This document shows, in pieces, positions 48,271-62,744 of a stretch of 64,000 bases of DNA (positions are counted from its first letter, which is position 1; the number at the start of each line of letters is the position of its first letter). Source of the stretch: Octopus sinensis (taxonomy: Eukaryota); contig NC_043021.1 of NCBI RefSeq assembly GCF_006345805.1, positions 8,122,001 through 8,186,000 on the forward strand, given 5' to 3'. The notes under the pieces were generated by a model. It saw only the letters and a program-made list of their open reading frames with translations, was not told the origin of the DNA and searched no databases. The position numbers and the translations under genes are program-made.

Positions 48271-49209
48271 GTTATATCATCATTTAACATTTATGTTCCA
48301 TGCTGGAATAGGTCGGATAGTTTGACAGGATCCGATGGATTCAAAGACTGCATTGTGCTTCTAAGCTTGCTTTGGCACGGTACCTAGAGCTGGATATCCT
48401 TCCTAATGCCAACCACTATGTATAACTGGGTGCATTTTCCATGCCACCAGCACTAGTGAGGTTGCTATGAAGCCTGAAAGTCTGGGATTCCTTTTTACAA
48501 AGTGGGGCTACAATAGAAAGGGAAGGAGCTTTATGCTCTAAGATGAGGGGTTAAAATGTGAGAGAAAAAGCCAGAACAGAACAGAGCTACACAGCGGTGA
48601 GCTGGCAGAATCGTTAGCACGCCGGCCGGAATGCCTAGCGGTATTTCGGCTACTGTTACGTTCCAAGTTCAAATTCTGCCGAGGTCGACTTTGCCTTTCA
48701 TCCTTTCGGGGTCGATAAATTAAGTACCAGTTACACACTGGGGTCGATATAATCGACTTAATCCGTTTGTCTGTCCTTGTTTGTCCCCTCTGTGTTTAGC
48801 CCCTTGTGGGTAGTAAAGAAACAGATATTGTAGAAGAGAGACTGGGAGTTGTTGGGAAGAGATAAAAAAATAGTGGTGATAAGATATCAAGGCTGATGCT
48901 CAAGATATGAAGTGAGAAAAAGTGAATGAGGGCACAAACCAGGGAGTGTGGATGTGTAGGGTGTACGGGGGGGGGGGTGAGAGATGGTCAGAGATAGGGA
49001 AACGGATGACAGGGTGAATATAATGAAGAAAAGTTGTTGACTGGATGATAAATAAGGAAGGAAAGATAGCGAGCAAAGGAGGTGACAACTGTAAAAGTCG
49101 GGTAGGACTGAGGGGGGTGAACGATGATACATAATTTGGTAGAGAAGAAAGAGGAAAGGAGATGAATGACAGAGCAGAAAAAAGTGGGAGTTAAGAGTAG
49201 CAGAATAGA

Positions 49210-49338
49210 AATAATAATAATAATGATAATAATAATAATAGTAATAGTAATAATAGTAATAGTAATAATAATAATAATATAATAATAATAATAATAGTAA
49301 TAATAATAGTAATAGTAATAGTAATAATAGTAATAGTA

Positions 49339-49374
<36 letters not shown>

Positions 49375-49757
49375 GTAATAATAATAGTAATAGTAATAAT
49401 AATAATAGTAATAATAATAATAATAGTAATAATAATAATAGTAATAGTAATAATAATAATAGTAATAATAATAATGATAGTAGTAATAGTAATAGTAATA
49501 ATAATAGTAATAGTAATAGTAATAATAATAATAGTAATAGTAATAATAATAATAGTAATAATAATAATAATAGTAATAATAATAATAGTAATAGTAATAA
49601 TAATAATAATAGTAATAGTAATAATAATAATAATAGTAATAGTAATAATAATAATAATAATAATAGTAATAGTAATAGTAATAATAATAATAATAATAGT
49701 AATAATAATAATAATAAAATAATAATAATAATAATAATAATAGTAATAGCAATAGTA

Positions 49758-49802
<45 letters not shown>

Positions 49803-49815
49803 TAATAATAATAAT
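49210..49815. repeat. ~600-bp compound (AAT)n/(AGT) trinucleotide microsatellite
   Basis: Directly visible. Confidence 0.98.
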
Positions 49816-50934
49816 TCTTTTGACTATAGGCACAAGGGCTGAAATTTTGGAGGAGGGGGGATTAGTTAGTTACAGTGCTCAACTGGTACTTATTTATTGG
49901 TACTGAAAGGATAAAAGGCAAAACGAACCTTGGTGGAATTTGAACTCGGAACATGAAGCTAGAAGAAATGGCGCTAAGTATTTTATCTGGCGCAGCAACA
50001 ATTCTGCTAGTTCACTGCCTTAGAATAATAATAATAATAATAATAGTGTTTTTTTTTTAATATTTTCCACCAGGGCGAAGGATGAGTGGGGACAATACAA
50101 AGACAGATTAAGGTGGTGAGCTGGCAGAATTGTTAACACGCCGGGCGAAATGCTCAGCTGTATTTCGTCTGAGTTCAAATTCCGCCGAGGTCGACTTTGC
50201 CTTTCATCCTTTCGGGGTCGATGAATTAAGTACCAGTTACGCACTGGGGTCGATAAAATCGACTTAATCCCTTTGTCTGTCATTGTTTGTCCCCTCTATG
50301 TTTAGTCCCCTGTGGGCAATAAAGAAATAAATACAAAGACAGACGTAAAGTGGAAGGGGTTGACACATGATAGAATGATTAAAAAAGAAAAAGAAAATGA
50401 AGAGTGGCGCATAGGCGCAGGAGTGGCTGTGTAGTAAGTAGCTTGCTAACCAACCACATGGTTCCGGGTTCAGTCCCACTGCGTGGCACCTTGGGCAAGT
50501 GTCTTCTACTATAGCCTCGGGCCGACCAAAGCCTTGTGAGTGGATTTGGTAGGCGGAAACTGAAAGAAGCCCATCGTATATATGTATATATATATATATG
50601 TGTGTTTGTGAGTTTGCGTGTCTGTGTTTGTCCCTCCAACATCGTTTGACAACTGATGGTGGTGTATTTACGTCCCCGTAACTTAGTGGTTCGGCAAAAG
50701 AGACCGATAGAATAAGTACTAGGCTTACAAAGAATAAGTCCTGGGGTCGATTTGCTCGACTAAAGATGGTGCTCCAGCATGGCCGCAGTCAAATGACTGA
50801 AACAAGTAAAAAAGAATAAAAAAAAAATAAGAGTATACACAGTATACATAAGAAGAAGGGAAATATGCATGATATATGGCACTAAAAGAAGAAAAGAAAG
50901 AAAAGGTGATAGTGACAGGGTCCTGATACAGAAA

Positions 50935-51410
50935 GACCTCGAGAGATACTCAAGGAACCCCACCGTCCAAGATCACCCTGAATACAAAGGATGAGTGCCC
51001 TCTCTAACTTCTTTCCTCCGACTCACATGTCTACACTGAGCAGGTGCTGCTGTGCATTGCAGCAATCCAGCCTCTGAAATTGGGTCCGAAACTGGCTGCT
51101 TTAAGGATGGCTTCCAAGTAGCAATGGTCAACTCTATCAAAAGTTTTCAACTGATCTAAATTGATCAGGGCCCCACTGAAGCCAGCTTTAGTCTCAGCCC
51201 TCTCTATGATGTATTGCATAAGGTGGAGGTTGCCGTGGATAGACCAGCTCAGGATTGCGCATGTTTGTGCCTCCCCAACCAGACTACTGATGACAAGCAC
51301 CAACCTTGGCCAAAATTTTAAACTCTGTGTCTAGCATGGTTATGGGCTGAAAATTCCCTATTCCGTCCCTATTGTTGGCATCCTTTCTCAGCAGCGTTAC
51401 CACACCCTGG
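50935..51410 (-). mobile_element. L1/Tx1-type reverse transcriptase fragment
   Basis: ALINLDQLKTFDRVDHCYL...FGPNFRGWI, matching the LDQEKAFDRVDH motif. Confidence 0.8.
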
Positions 51411-51856
51411 TTAATAGCACTAGATTTCGAGCAGGAGTAGTGGGGGAGCATCATAACCATGTGCTGAGAGGAATTCTTTGGGGTTTGAACAATTCACCTC
51501 TGGAAACATGGGTGTTTCATTCAAAGACATTTTGAGTGGGACAGGCTACTCAACTTGAAGAAAATTCTAACTGGGCCCCACTTGCAAGGTCATCCTTAAA
51601 CAACCCTTATTCAGGGACCTTTTGATCAGGATGGACTACTCAGCCTAAGAAAACTCTAACAGGGCCCACCCAACCTGCAAGGTCATGTGCTGTTTATCTT
51701 GATATGAGATCATCATGTCACGCACATATGGTTGTGATGCAATGTGCCTGGTGTACCCTTATCAGATGGGCAGTCATGATAGGTATATTGGGCTTCATAT
51801 ATTTGTACTCCAGTGTCACTTTGATGGCATGCACTGCTCCCTCTCACTCAACAATG

Positions 51857-51913
<57 letters not shown>

Positions 51914-51934
51914 GTAATAATAATAACAATTTAC

Positions 51935-52062
51935 CTGATGTATGGTAAATATGGTGTTACATGGCCATTTGAAACAGAAATTACATAGGTAGTAATAAAT
52001 GTCAGGAAGGTTACTACAACCAAAGAAATTGGTAACATTTCCAAACCTAAGAGAAAGCACAT
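51935..52062 (-). CDS. DRAM2: DRAM/DRAM2-like (Frag1/DRAM/Sfk1 family) lysosomal membrane protein, coding exon 1 (MCFLLGLEMLPISLVVVTFLTFITTYVISVSNGHVTPYLPYIS)
   Basis: ttccAG|ATG, donor AG|GTAAAT; HVxPxLPYIS motif. Six exons join in frame to 792 nt = 263 aa + stop. The symbol means DRAM2-like; orthology to DRAM1 vs DRAM2 was not tested. Confidence 0.93.
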
Positions 52063-52916
52063 CTGGAAGAATAAGAAAACAAAAAAACAGTTAAACAAAA
52101 GTTGAAATCAAATTAAAGAAAATAAATTTCAAATGCTTTTGTTCATTTCATATCTTATATATAGCTTTAGTCATAATGTGTAAAACTGACTCAAATATCA
52201 CGGAGATGTACTTGCATAGCAAGTGACCTGATCTGAGATCGTGTGCTGGAACTGGAACGGAAACAATTGCAGCGTGGAAGGTGTTTATAAGCCATTTAAG
52301 AAACACACAAAATCCGTTAGATTCACTTCAACATTTAAGTTTAATTTGTCAAAATATTTTCGTTGCTTTGAGGCTGTGACCTGTTCACCGAGGTCAACTT
52401 TGCTGTTCACTGAGATACAGCATGGAATTTTGTCAGTGAACAGGTCACGGTGTCAAGGCTACGAAGATATTTTGACAAATTAAATTTAAATGTTGAAGTG
52501 AATCTAATGGATTTTGTGTGTTTCTTAAATGGCTTATAAACACCTTCCACGCTGCACACTCAAATATATTTTTGTAATCATCATCATCATCATTGTTTAA
52601 CGTCCGCTTTCCATGCTAGCATGGGTTGGACGGTTCAACTGGGGTCTGGGAAGCTGGAAGGCTGCACCAGGCCCAGTCTGATCTGGCAGTGTTTCTACAG
52701 CTGGATGCCCTTCCTAATGCCAACCACTCCGTGAGTGTAGTGGGTGCTTTTTACATGCCACCGGCACAGGTGCCAGACTAGGCTGGCAAACGGCCACGAT
52801 CGGTTTGCTAGCCCCGTCTGGCACCTAATATTGAAATTAAACTGCTTTGCACTGAAGCTGAGGAGCACTGGTAATGGCCCAAACACTAGAGCCTAAAGCT
52901 TTAGCAAAGCTTACCT

Positions 52917-53390
52917 GTTAGTTAGTTAGTTAGTTAGTTAATTTGGCTCAAAAGCAAATAGCAAGGCCATGTAGGGGGACATGGAGTTAAGTACAGGGTG
53001 GTGTTCATGTAAAGAGTTCAGGCCACTTGAGGTCAAGGGAGGCTTTGAACAAAGCGGTCGTCGGCATCTTCACTATCTCGTCTGGCAGCTTGTTCCACGG
53101 ATCCGCAACCCGGATGGAGAAAGCTCCTCTCCTTCGATTGAGATGAAATCGTCGCAGGTAGAGCTTTTCGGAATGACCCCGCAGCCGACGCTCTGGAGCA
53201 GGAGTGAAGAACAGCTCTTTCGAGAGGTTACACTTTCTGCTTATGATGTTGTGGGCGAGAATGAGATCACCACGGCGGAGGCGTTTTTCAAGAGAATAAA
53301 GGTTGAGCGTCCTCAGCCTTTCTTCATAGGACAAATTTTTGAGACCATGAACCATGCGGGTAGCCAGCTTCTGGACTCTTTCGAGAACTC
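52917..53390 (-). mobile_element. Second CR1 family 3' end with (TAAC)n tail; inverted partner at 54470-54928
   Basis: LSYEERL...LYSLEKRLRRGDLI...RGH...FSIRVADPWNKLP. Confidence 0.9.
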
Positions 53391-53678
53391 AACAGCCATA
53401 AGAAATCTTTCTCTTAATTCTCTCTAGATCTAGTACAATCATCCCTCTTCCATTTACAAAATTCTTAAAAAATATTCTTTCTTTTTAATAATACATTAAC
53501 AGGCACAGGAGTGGCTGTGTGGTAAGTAGCTTGCTTACCAACCACATATTTCCTGGTTCAGTCCAACTGCGTGGCACCTTGGGCTGGTGTCTTCTACAAT
53601 AGCTTCGGGCCGACCAAAGCCCTGTGAGTGGATTTGGTAGACGGAAACTGAAAGAAGCCCATCGTATATATGTATATC

Positions 53679-53711
<33 letters not shown>

Positions 53712-55094
53712 GTTTGTCCTACCAACATCGCTTGACAACCAATGCTGGTGTGTTTATGCCCCTGTAACTTAGCGGTTCGGCAAAACAGACTGATAGAATA
53801 AGTACTAGGCTTACAAAGAATAAGTCCTGGGGTCAATTTGCTTGACTAAAGGTGGTGCTCCAGCATGGCTGCAGTCAAATGACTAAAACAAGTTATGGGG
53901 ATGTAAACACACCAGCATCAGTTGTCAAGTGATGTTGGGGGGACAAACACAGACACACAAACATACATACATACATATATACACACACACACACACAAAC
54001 ATATATACGATGGGCTTCTTTCAGTTTCGGTCTACCAAATCCACTCACAAAGCTTTAGTCAGCCCAAGACTATAGTAGAAGACACTTACTCAAGGCGTCA
54101 CACAGTGGGACTGAACCTGGAACCATGTGGTTGGTAAGCAAGCTACTTACCACACAACCACTCCTACACCTACATATTATATGTATATTATATGTGTGTA
54201 CCAGCTAGCAGACAATATAGCTGCTGAGTTTTTATGATGGATACTACTTAATATTGGTTTAAAATTTTGGCACAAGGCCAGCAATTTCAAAGGAAGTGGT
54301 AAATCAATTACATCCACCCCAGTGTTCAACTATTACTTATTTTATCAACCTCAAAAGGATGAAAGGCGAAGTCAATCTTGGCAGAATTTGAACTCAGAAA
54401 GTAAAGACAGACGAATTGCCACCAAGCATTTTCTCCAGCAAGCTAACGTTTTAGCCACCTTGCTGGCTGCGGAGTCACTCCGTAAAGCTCTATCTGCGAC
54501 GATTTCATCTGAATCGAAGGAGAGGGGCTTTCTCTCTGAAGACGCTCAACCTTTATTATCTAGAAAAATGACGACGCCGTGGTGATCTCATTCTTGCTCA
54601 CAACATCATAAGCGGAAAGTGTAACCTCTCGAAAGAGCTGTTCTTCACTCCTGCTCCAGAGCGCCGGGTGCAGGGTCACTCCGAAAGCTCCATCTGCGAC
54701 GATTTCATCTCAATTGAAGGAGAGGGGCTTTCTCCGTCCGGGTTGCAGATCCTTGGAATAAGCTGCTGGATGAGATAGTGAAGATGCCGATGACCACTTG
54801 GTTCAAAGTCTCTCTTGACCAGAAATGGCCCAAACTCTTTGCATGAACATCCTCCGTGTACATAACTCCATGTCCCCCTACATGGCCTTGCTTTTGGCTT
54901 TTTGAGCCAAAAAATTAACTTAACTTAACTTTATATAGTAAAAGTTTATATAAGTAGCTTGCTAACCAGCCACATGGTTCCGGGTCCAATCCCACTGCGT
55001 GGCATCTTGGGCAAATGTCTTCTGCTATAGCCCCAGGCCGACAAATGCCTTGTGAGTGGATTTGGTAGACGGAAACTGAAAGGAGCCTGTCGTA

Positions 55095-55139
<45 letters not shown>

Positions 55140-56969
55140 TTGTGTGTCTGTGTTTGTTCCCCTAGCATTGCTTGACAACCGATGCTGGTGTGTTTACGTC
55201 CCCGTCACTTAGCGGTTCGGCAAAAAGAGACCAATAGAATAAGTACTGGGCTTACAAAGAATAAGTCCTGGGGTCGATTTGCTCGACTAAAGGCGGTGCT
55301 CCAGCATGGCCGCAGTCAAATGACTGAAACAAGTAAAAAAGAAAGAGAAAGAAAGAGATAAAACTCTGCAGGGTTACCCTCTCTGTTTGCATAAACTCTT
55401 AACGGACACATAAAGAGAAAACATTACAACTATTCTAAAAATTTTTATTAAAAGATAAAACTTTGCAACACCCCCCATGTACATAAGAATGATCCCAAAT
55501 AACTCCATTGCTTTGTTACTGCCAAAGTACTCTAGAGTCAGCATCTCATTCCATATTTCCTCTCCAACAATGTACCATTCTGCACTCACAAAGAACTACA
55601 TTTCAAGCTAGACAATACTCAACTATCAATCACATAAATGAACGAAAATATAAAAGCAAAATAAAAATAACCACTGAAACACAGAAGTGTCCCACTTCTG
55701 AACCCAGAACAATGTGGTTGGGAAGCAAGATTCTTACCCCACAGCCATGCCAGTGGCTTAACCCTTTAGTGTTCAGATTACTCTGTTAAATGTAATACTT
55801 TTTCACTCAAATTGTTTTGAATTAATCATGCATTATCTCATAGCTTTGAGGTTTCAATGATGTGATTGCTTATTTTCAGAATGTCAATGTAGGTTTGGTG
55901 TGAGAGGCTGGATCTGGCCAGTTTGAATATAAAACAAGTAGAATATCTGGGCCAGATATGGCCGGTTTAAACACTAAAGGGTTAAACCGGCCCTATCCGG
56001 CCAAAATATTCTACCTGTTTTATGTTCAAACTAGTCAGATATGGTCATTCATAGCTACCTAATTGTGTCATTTTTAAAAATAAACAATCACATCATTGAA
56101 ATCTCAAAGCCATGAAATGATGCAAGATTAATTTTACATGGTGTGAATACACAAGCTTCATATTTGACAGAATAATTTGAATGCTAAAGGGTTAATATAC
56201 TAGTTTTAGATATATTCATCATCATCATCATCGTTTAACGTCCGTTCTCCATTCTAGCATGGGTTGGACGGTTCGGCCGGGGATCTGGGAAGCCAGAAGG
56301 CTGCACCAAGCTCCAGTCTGATCTGGCAGTGTTTCTACAGCTGGATGCCTTTACTAACGCCAACCACTCCATGAGTGTAGTGGGTGCTTTTTACGTGCCA
56401 CCTGCACAGGTGCCAGGCGAGGCTGGCAACGGCCACGATCGGATTGGTGAATTTTACGTGCTACCGGCATGGAAGCCAGTCGAGGCAGCACTGGCATCGG
56501 CCAGTCGAGGTGGCACTGGCATCGGCCTAATCTTTGCAGAATTTTGACAAAAGCTTTCTGCATTTCAGTGGTTATTTTTATTTTGCTTTTATATTTTCGT
56601 TAACATCTAGCCACCTAACTCCCCATACAGCAACCCCCTTAGTTATTATGTGTGGGGCACAGTTGAACAAGAGAGCAACAAAACTCCTTGTAACACCAAA
56701 GATGAACAAGGAGACAAGGATTCACCAACTTAAGGCTGTCCAGAAGAGTTGCAGGAGATTCCGAAGTTGTCTGGAGGACATGGTTGAAGACAATGGCAAT
56801 TTTATTGAATGAATTTACACTTTAGTATTTCAAGATATTTTTATGAAATTTTGAAATATATCTGTTGAATTTTTATGAAATATATCTGTTGAAATGAGAT
56901 GTCAGTATTATTTTCATTTTTGCGTAATTTAGACGAATTTATTCACTGCACCTTGTATACATACATACA

Positions 56970-57000
<31 letters not shown>

Positions 57001-57228
57001 AGTGGGTGTATTTGTGTCTTTGACTGTCCCCCACCACTATTGAACAACTGGTGTTAGTGTGGTTAGATCCCTGTAACTTAGCGGCTTGGCTAAAGAGACT
57101 AAGCTTTAAAAAAAAAAGTATTGGGGTTGATTTGTTTCAACTAAAACCCTTCAAAGTAGTGCCCCAGCATGGCCGCGCTGAAATGACTGAAATAAGTGAA
57201 AGATAAAACACAATTACTTCAATTATTA

Positions 57229-57525
57229 CTAGCAGTATCGCCCGGTGTTGCTCGGGTTTGTAAGGGAAATAACTATATAAGCATTTTTAAAGAGTTACTT
57301 CTCTTATATAATAGCAAAAAATGCATTAAAAATGGGAAAAAATGATGGTAAATTTTTTTTAAATCGTAGACTCATCGTAGACGCGCGCTAATACCCAGAA
57401 GGGCTCGATATGAATCACGATTATAAGATACCCGCTTTTGGTTAAACTGCACCGCAAAATGTGGGAGTAGTTAGGAATCTAAATCGTAGGAGACAGACAC
57501 ACAACTTCACTTTTATATATAAAGA
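57229..57525 (-). mobile_element. Non-autonomous Helitron (~297 bp)
   Basis: Minus strand 5' TC, subterminal hairpin CCCGAGCAACACCGGG, 3' CTAG; inserted between A and T with no TSD. Confidence 0.85.
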
Positions 57526-60500
57526 TATTACTGCAATTTAAAGCCTCAATTTCTTTATTAAAAAATCTTACTGACAAAGAACTAGACAAAATAATTCCCT
57601 CCACATTTCTACCAAGTTGTTCATGGCATGCATCACAAACTCACATAAACACACGTACACAGCATAACAAAAAACTAAATACTTAGACTTATTGGCTACT
57701 GTAATTTAATACTAGTATCATTCAGTTAGTCATAAACTATTCCCATGAATATGTTTCACAAACTGTAGTGGGTTAACACTCTCGTGCTTTATCTGATAAA
57801 TCTCAAATTTTAGGACTTTGACATAGATGAGGAACAGGAACTAGCCCTCCATTTTCTCAAGTAGTGTATGTGCATGTGAGATAGAGAGCAGGGGGGAGAC
57901 TGAGGGGAGTGAGAAAGGGGGGAAGGGTAAAAGAGAGAGAATGGGTGGGAAGTCAATGATGTGAAAGACTTGTAATAATTTGAAGAATTCGCATCACCAA
58001 ATGCTTCTTTTCAGACATCACTATAATTTTAGGATGTTTACATAGCTTAGGAATTTTAAATTAAAATATAACATTTTGAAATATAAGCATATAAAAATAT
58101 GGAAGCACAAATTTGAAAAGACATGTCTTTTACTCTTTTACTTGTTTCAGTCATTTGAGTGGAGCCATGCTGGAGCACCGCCTTTAGTCGAGCAAATCGA
58201 CCCCACGACTTATTCTTTGTAAGTGTAGTACTTATTCTATCAGTCTCTTTTGCCGAACTGCTAGGTTACAGGGATGTAAACACACCAGCATTGGTTGTCA
58301 AGCGATGTTGGTGGGGGACAAACACAGACACAAAAACATAGACACACACACACAGACACACATATATGGTGTATCAGCATGGCCACAGCTCTGAGCTGAA
58401 ACTAGAGAAAAAAAATACATATATACGACAGACTTCTTTCAGTTTCCATCTACCAAATCCACTCACAAGGCTTTGGTCGGCCCGAGGCTATAGTAGAAGA
58501 CAGTTGCCCAAGGCGCCACGCAGTGGGACTGAACCCGGAACCATGTGGTTGGTAAGCAAGCTACTTACCACACAGCCACTCTTATGCCTATGTATTAATA
58601 ATTGTTTTGAAACCATTAACATTTTCTCTGTATAACACACTTAAGTGAATTTCATAAAATGGTTTGCTGAATAATGATCACATGAACAAACTAAACTGAA
58701 TTATTATATTTCTTAGCAACCAAAGGTATTTTAACTATTCTCATATCTTACACGTGTGTAAGGAAGAAAAACAATTTATCATCTCTTTATGTCAAAATGG
58801 TTTAAAGATAAGCATTTCTAACCAACCGAACCCTTATAAACAATTTATCGTATCACTATGACCAATGAATATTCTAAAAATATCAGCTCAACATTCCCTC
58901 CAAATAAAATTCATGTCAGTTGAATTAGACTAGGGAGGTGGCACAGAAAAAGCATCCAGTACAAACAATTAGGCAGTTGATTTTAGGAAGGTTATCCAGT
59001 CACAGAAACTATATCAAAGCAGACACTGGAGCACAATACAGTCCTTGGACCCATCAGATCCTGTCAAATCATCCACCCCTCTGCTCCCTCTCACATCTTC
59101 ACTATCTTCTCTTTCTCCTCCCTCCCTCCCTCCTTCCACTCACTCTCAACCTGTGGTGGCCCTGTTTCTTGTCTACTGCAAGACACCTTTTTTCTGTCCC
59201 TCAATACTTTCACCCCCAACCTCAGTTGAGGACTCTTATCTTGCAAGTTACTTGGTGAACTCAATGCTGGTGGCATCACATAGATAGCATTCAGTACACT
59301 CTGTAAAGTGGTTGGCAATAATAATAATAATAATAAGGGCATCCTGTTGTGGGGACCATGCCAAAGCAGACAGCTGAGATTGGTGCTGTCTTTTCATTTG
59401 CCAATTCCTGTCAAACCATACAGCTCATGCCGGCATGGAAAAACGAATCTTAAATGATGATGATAATGGTGATGATGATGGTGATAATGATTCTGGCTCT
59501 TGTGCAAATGTTTTGTCCCTTCCATGGTCCATATATAACCATGTGATTTGTAAGCAAGTTATTTACCACACAGCCACACCTGTGCCTAAAAGAATAAAAT
59601 TCTAATAATGTAGACAAACATACAGTTCTCACTGCTAATGACTGGCACTCCATCAGTTATGACAACGAATGTTCCAGTTGATATGATCAATGGGACAGCC
59701 TGCTCATGAAATTAACATGCAAGTGGTTGAGCACTCCACCACATAGACATGTACTCTTAATGTAGTTTTCAAGGAGATTCAGTGCGACACAGAATGTGAC
59801 AAGGCTGATGCTTTGAAATACAGGTGCTATTCATTTTTGCAAGCTGAGCAGACTGGAGCAACGTGAAACAAAGTACCTTGCTCAAAGACACAGTGCACTG
59901 CCAGGAATCAAATTCCAAACCTTCTGATCAAGAGCCAAAAACCCTAACCACTAAACCACACACCTTCACACTGGTCAGAACAATGCTTTTAAAATAGGTA
60001 AACAGAATTTGAAGGGCTTTTAGGTATAAAGCAGTGGATCTCATCCAGGATCCACATGACCCTTGGGGATCCATAGAAGATTTTGTGGTTAAAAATAATG
60101 TGCAATAATTTGGTTATATTTCTGCTATACTCTTTTACTTGTTTCAGTCATTTGACAGCAGCCATGCTGGAGCACCAATTTTAGTCGAGCAAATTGACCC
60201 CAGGACTTATTCTTTGTAAGCCTAGTACTTATTCTATTAGTTTCTTTTGCCGAACTGCTAAGTTACGGGGGAGGTAAATACACCAGCATCGGTTGTCAAG
60301 CGATGTTGGGGGAACAAACACAGACAAACACACACACACACATGCATATATATACACATACATACAACTGGTTTCTTTCAGTTTCCGTCTCCCAAGTCCA
60401 CTCACAAGGCTTTGGTTGGCCCGAGGCTATAGTAGAAGACACTTGCCCAAGGTGCCACGTAGTGGGACTGAACCCGGAACTATGTGGTTGGGAAGCAAGC

Positions 60501-61102
60501 TACTTACCACACAGCCACTCGCAAACAATATATATATATTTTTTTTTTCTCACTATTTACACTTTTTCTTCTGACTTTGTACCTCTTGTATTTTTTTCTC
60601 TTTTTTCTCACCAACTAACCCATTTTCTTCAGTGGTTTTCCTACTCTCCCTTGCACCTTCCTCCCACCTTCATTACATTCACACAGCAGATACTCTCCTA
60701 TATATGCACACGTCGCTCTACCTTCTCTTCCCATACAAGCACATCCCCACCTGGTCACTAAATCATTTGTTTTAAGCATTATACTGATAACACCTTCATT
60801 ATAACTTGTCCCACTCATTTTGTCTTTTTCTTATTTTTACTCATTACCACACACACACACACACACACACCTTCAATGTAGTGATGGGGGGACTACAATA
60901 GTGCTGACATCTGCAACCTTATAGGATTGTATATACTGCACACTTTAATGACGAGGTTCCTGTCAGTCTTCCTTAGTCCATACAGAAATGATGCTTTAAC
61001 CATAGCCATCTCTAGAAGAGCTAATGGATATACCCTAGATAGCCTTCAAAAAGATCTAATTTACATCCTTGGTTCCACTGAATGCAACATTACAATTTAG
61101 AG

Positions 61103-61434
61103 CAGGCCTGGCCAACTTGAATTACATTGCAGGCCACTTTAATCATAGAAAGTTTCTTGAAGGTTGCTTGTACACTGACAGAATTGAAAACATTTTGCTT
61201 CCCTATGCTATTATTACAATAATGAATGAAAGATCAATGATTCAACATGAAATATTATCATTGCAAAAGCAGTAGTATCGTTCTTTTTTACTTCCCACTG
61301 CAATCTTTAATTTTTGATAAAATTTTAAAAAATGTTTGTTTAAATAAACCCATTTCAAGAAAGTATCAAGCAGATCGCAAGATAAAAGTCTGCGGGCCGC
61401 ATGCGACCCACATGCCTCGGGTTGGCCAGCCCTG
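61103..61434. mobile_element. hAT (Charlie-like) MITE with 8-bp TSD
   Basis: TIRs CAGGCCTGGCCAAC / GTTGGCCAGCCCTG; TSD ATTTAGAG / ATTTAGAC. Confidence 0.88.
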
Positions 61435-62744
61435 ATTTAGACCAATCTTACCACTGTCAACTTTTTAAATGTTATGTTGGATCTGGGTAATCTGGGTACC
61501 TGTTCTTACAGACCCTACTACAAACTAAATGAGAGGTTGTCGTACATCAAAATAGTCTCCGGCCACACATCTATTGTGTTCAAGAACCTAGTGAAGGGTG
61601 CCAGCAACAGGATTTTGAACTTGTCCTCCAGGCAAGAGATTTTTGACACCGCAGCCCCCTATAACAATAAGGCTTTAGTGTTCAGTGGGTTTAAGGAAGA
61701 CATCCATCTCCTATATATCAGACCCTAGCACCAGCAAAAGAAGTGCCAATGTAAAGTCATTTGGTTTGCTCCACCTTTCTCACTCAATGTCAAGATTTTT
61801 ATGTGGGAAGGATATTCTATAGATTAGTGGGCAAACACTTCACAGTCACACAGATACGGAAGTTTGTTTTACAGACACAATGTAAGCACCTCTTTTACTT
61901 GTGCATCCAGCATTAAGAAAATATTAGCGAGCACACCTAAGTCACAGGCAGAAGTAAGGTGCTCATGTAGAGTATACAATGAATGCCCAGTAGGTCAATG
62001 CAGTGCTGAGGGAGTAGTGTATGAGGCTGAAGTGGTGATCAGAAGTGGCAGAGTTAGCAACAGCTTGCCAATAACAATCACAACAGCAACAGAAAATAGC
62101 AGTGGTAGGTACACCAGCAACATGTCAAGCGGCAGAGGCAGCAATACCAACAGCTATACCTGTTTCTTTATTACCCACAAGGGGCCAAACACAGAGGGGA
62201 CAAACAAGGACAGACATAGGTATTAAGTCGATTACATCGACCCCAGTGCGTAACTGGTACTTAATTTATCGACCCCGAAAGGATGAAAGGCAAAGTCGAC
62301 CTCGGCGGAATTTGAACTCAGGACGTAACACAGACGAAATACCGCAAGGCATTTTTGCCCTGCGTGCTAACGTTTCTGCCAGCTCGCCGCCTATACCAGC
62401 AGCAACAAAGCAGCTGGCAGTAGTGGCTACACCAGGATTGCATCCAGAAATAGCAGCAACATCAGCAACAGTACCTGTGGCAGTAGCAGCAGCAGAGTTA
62501 ACAATAGCAACTGTAACACTACCAGCACATGAGCACAGACATAGAAATATGTCCCTTCCACAGATGACCCCTTTCAGCAATGTCTGAGGAACCACAAGTC
62601 CTCCATCAGAATACCTGAGAAGTGCAACATCATGTCCCTGGCCAACTAAATATAGTATCTAAAAGAATAAGGCATGCCATACATAACTAAACGGAGGCTC
62701 CTAGAACAACTGGGGCCATACCTCAACAGGAGTATATGATGTAA

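Noticed and set aside
47725-48290. His/Thr/Tyr-rich ORFs
   Set aside because: Translation of a TG/TA minisatellite.
48988-49833. 281-aa poly-Leu/Tyr/Ile ORF
   Set aside because: Translation of the (AAT/AGT)n microsatellite.
62102-62587. 161-aa Ala/Thr-rich ORF
   Set aside because: Chance frame through low-complexity sequence and an antisense SINE-B.
62736-62744. TGA next to CxxC as selenocysteine in the Penelope ORF
   Set aside because: The TGA precedes rather than replaces a Cys, the ORF has many other stops, and no SECIS was recognised.
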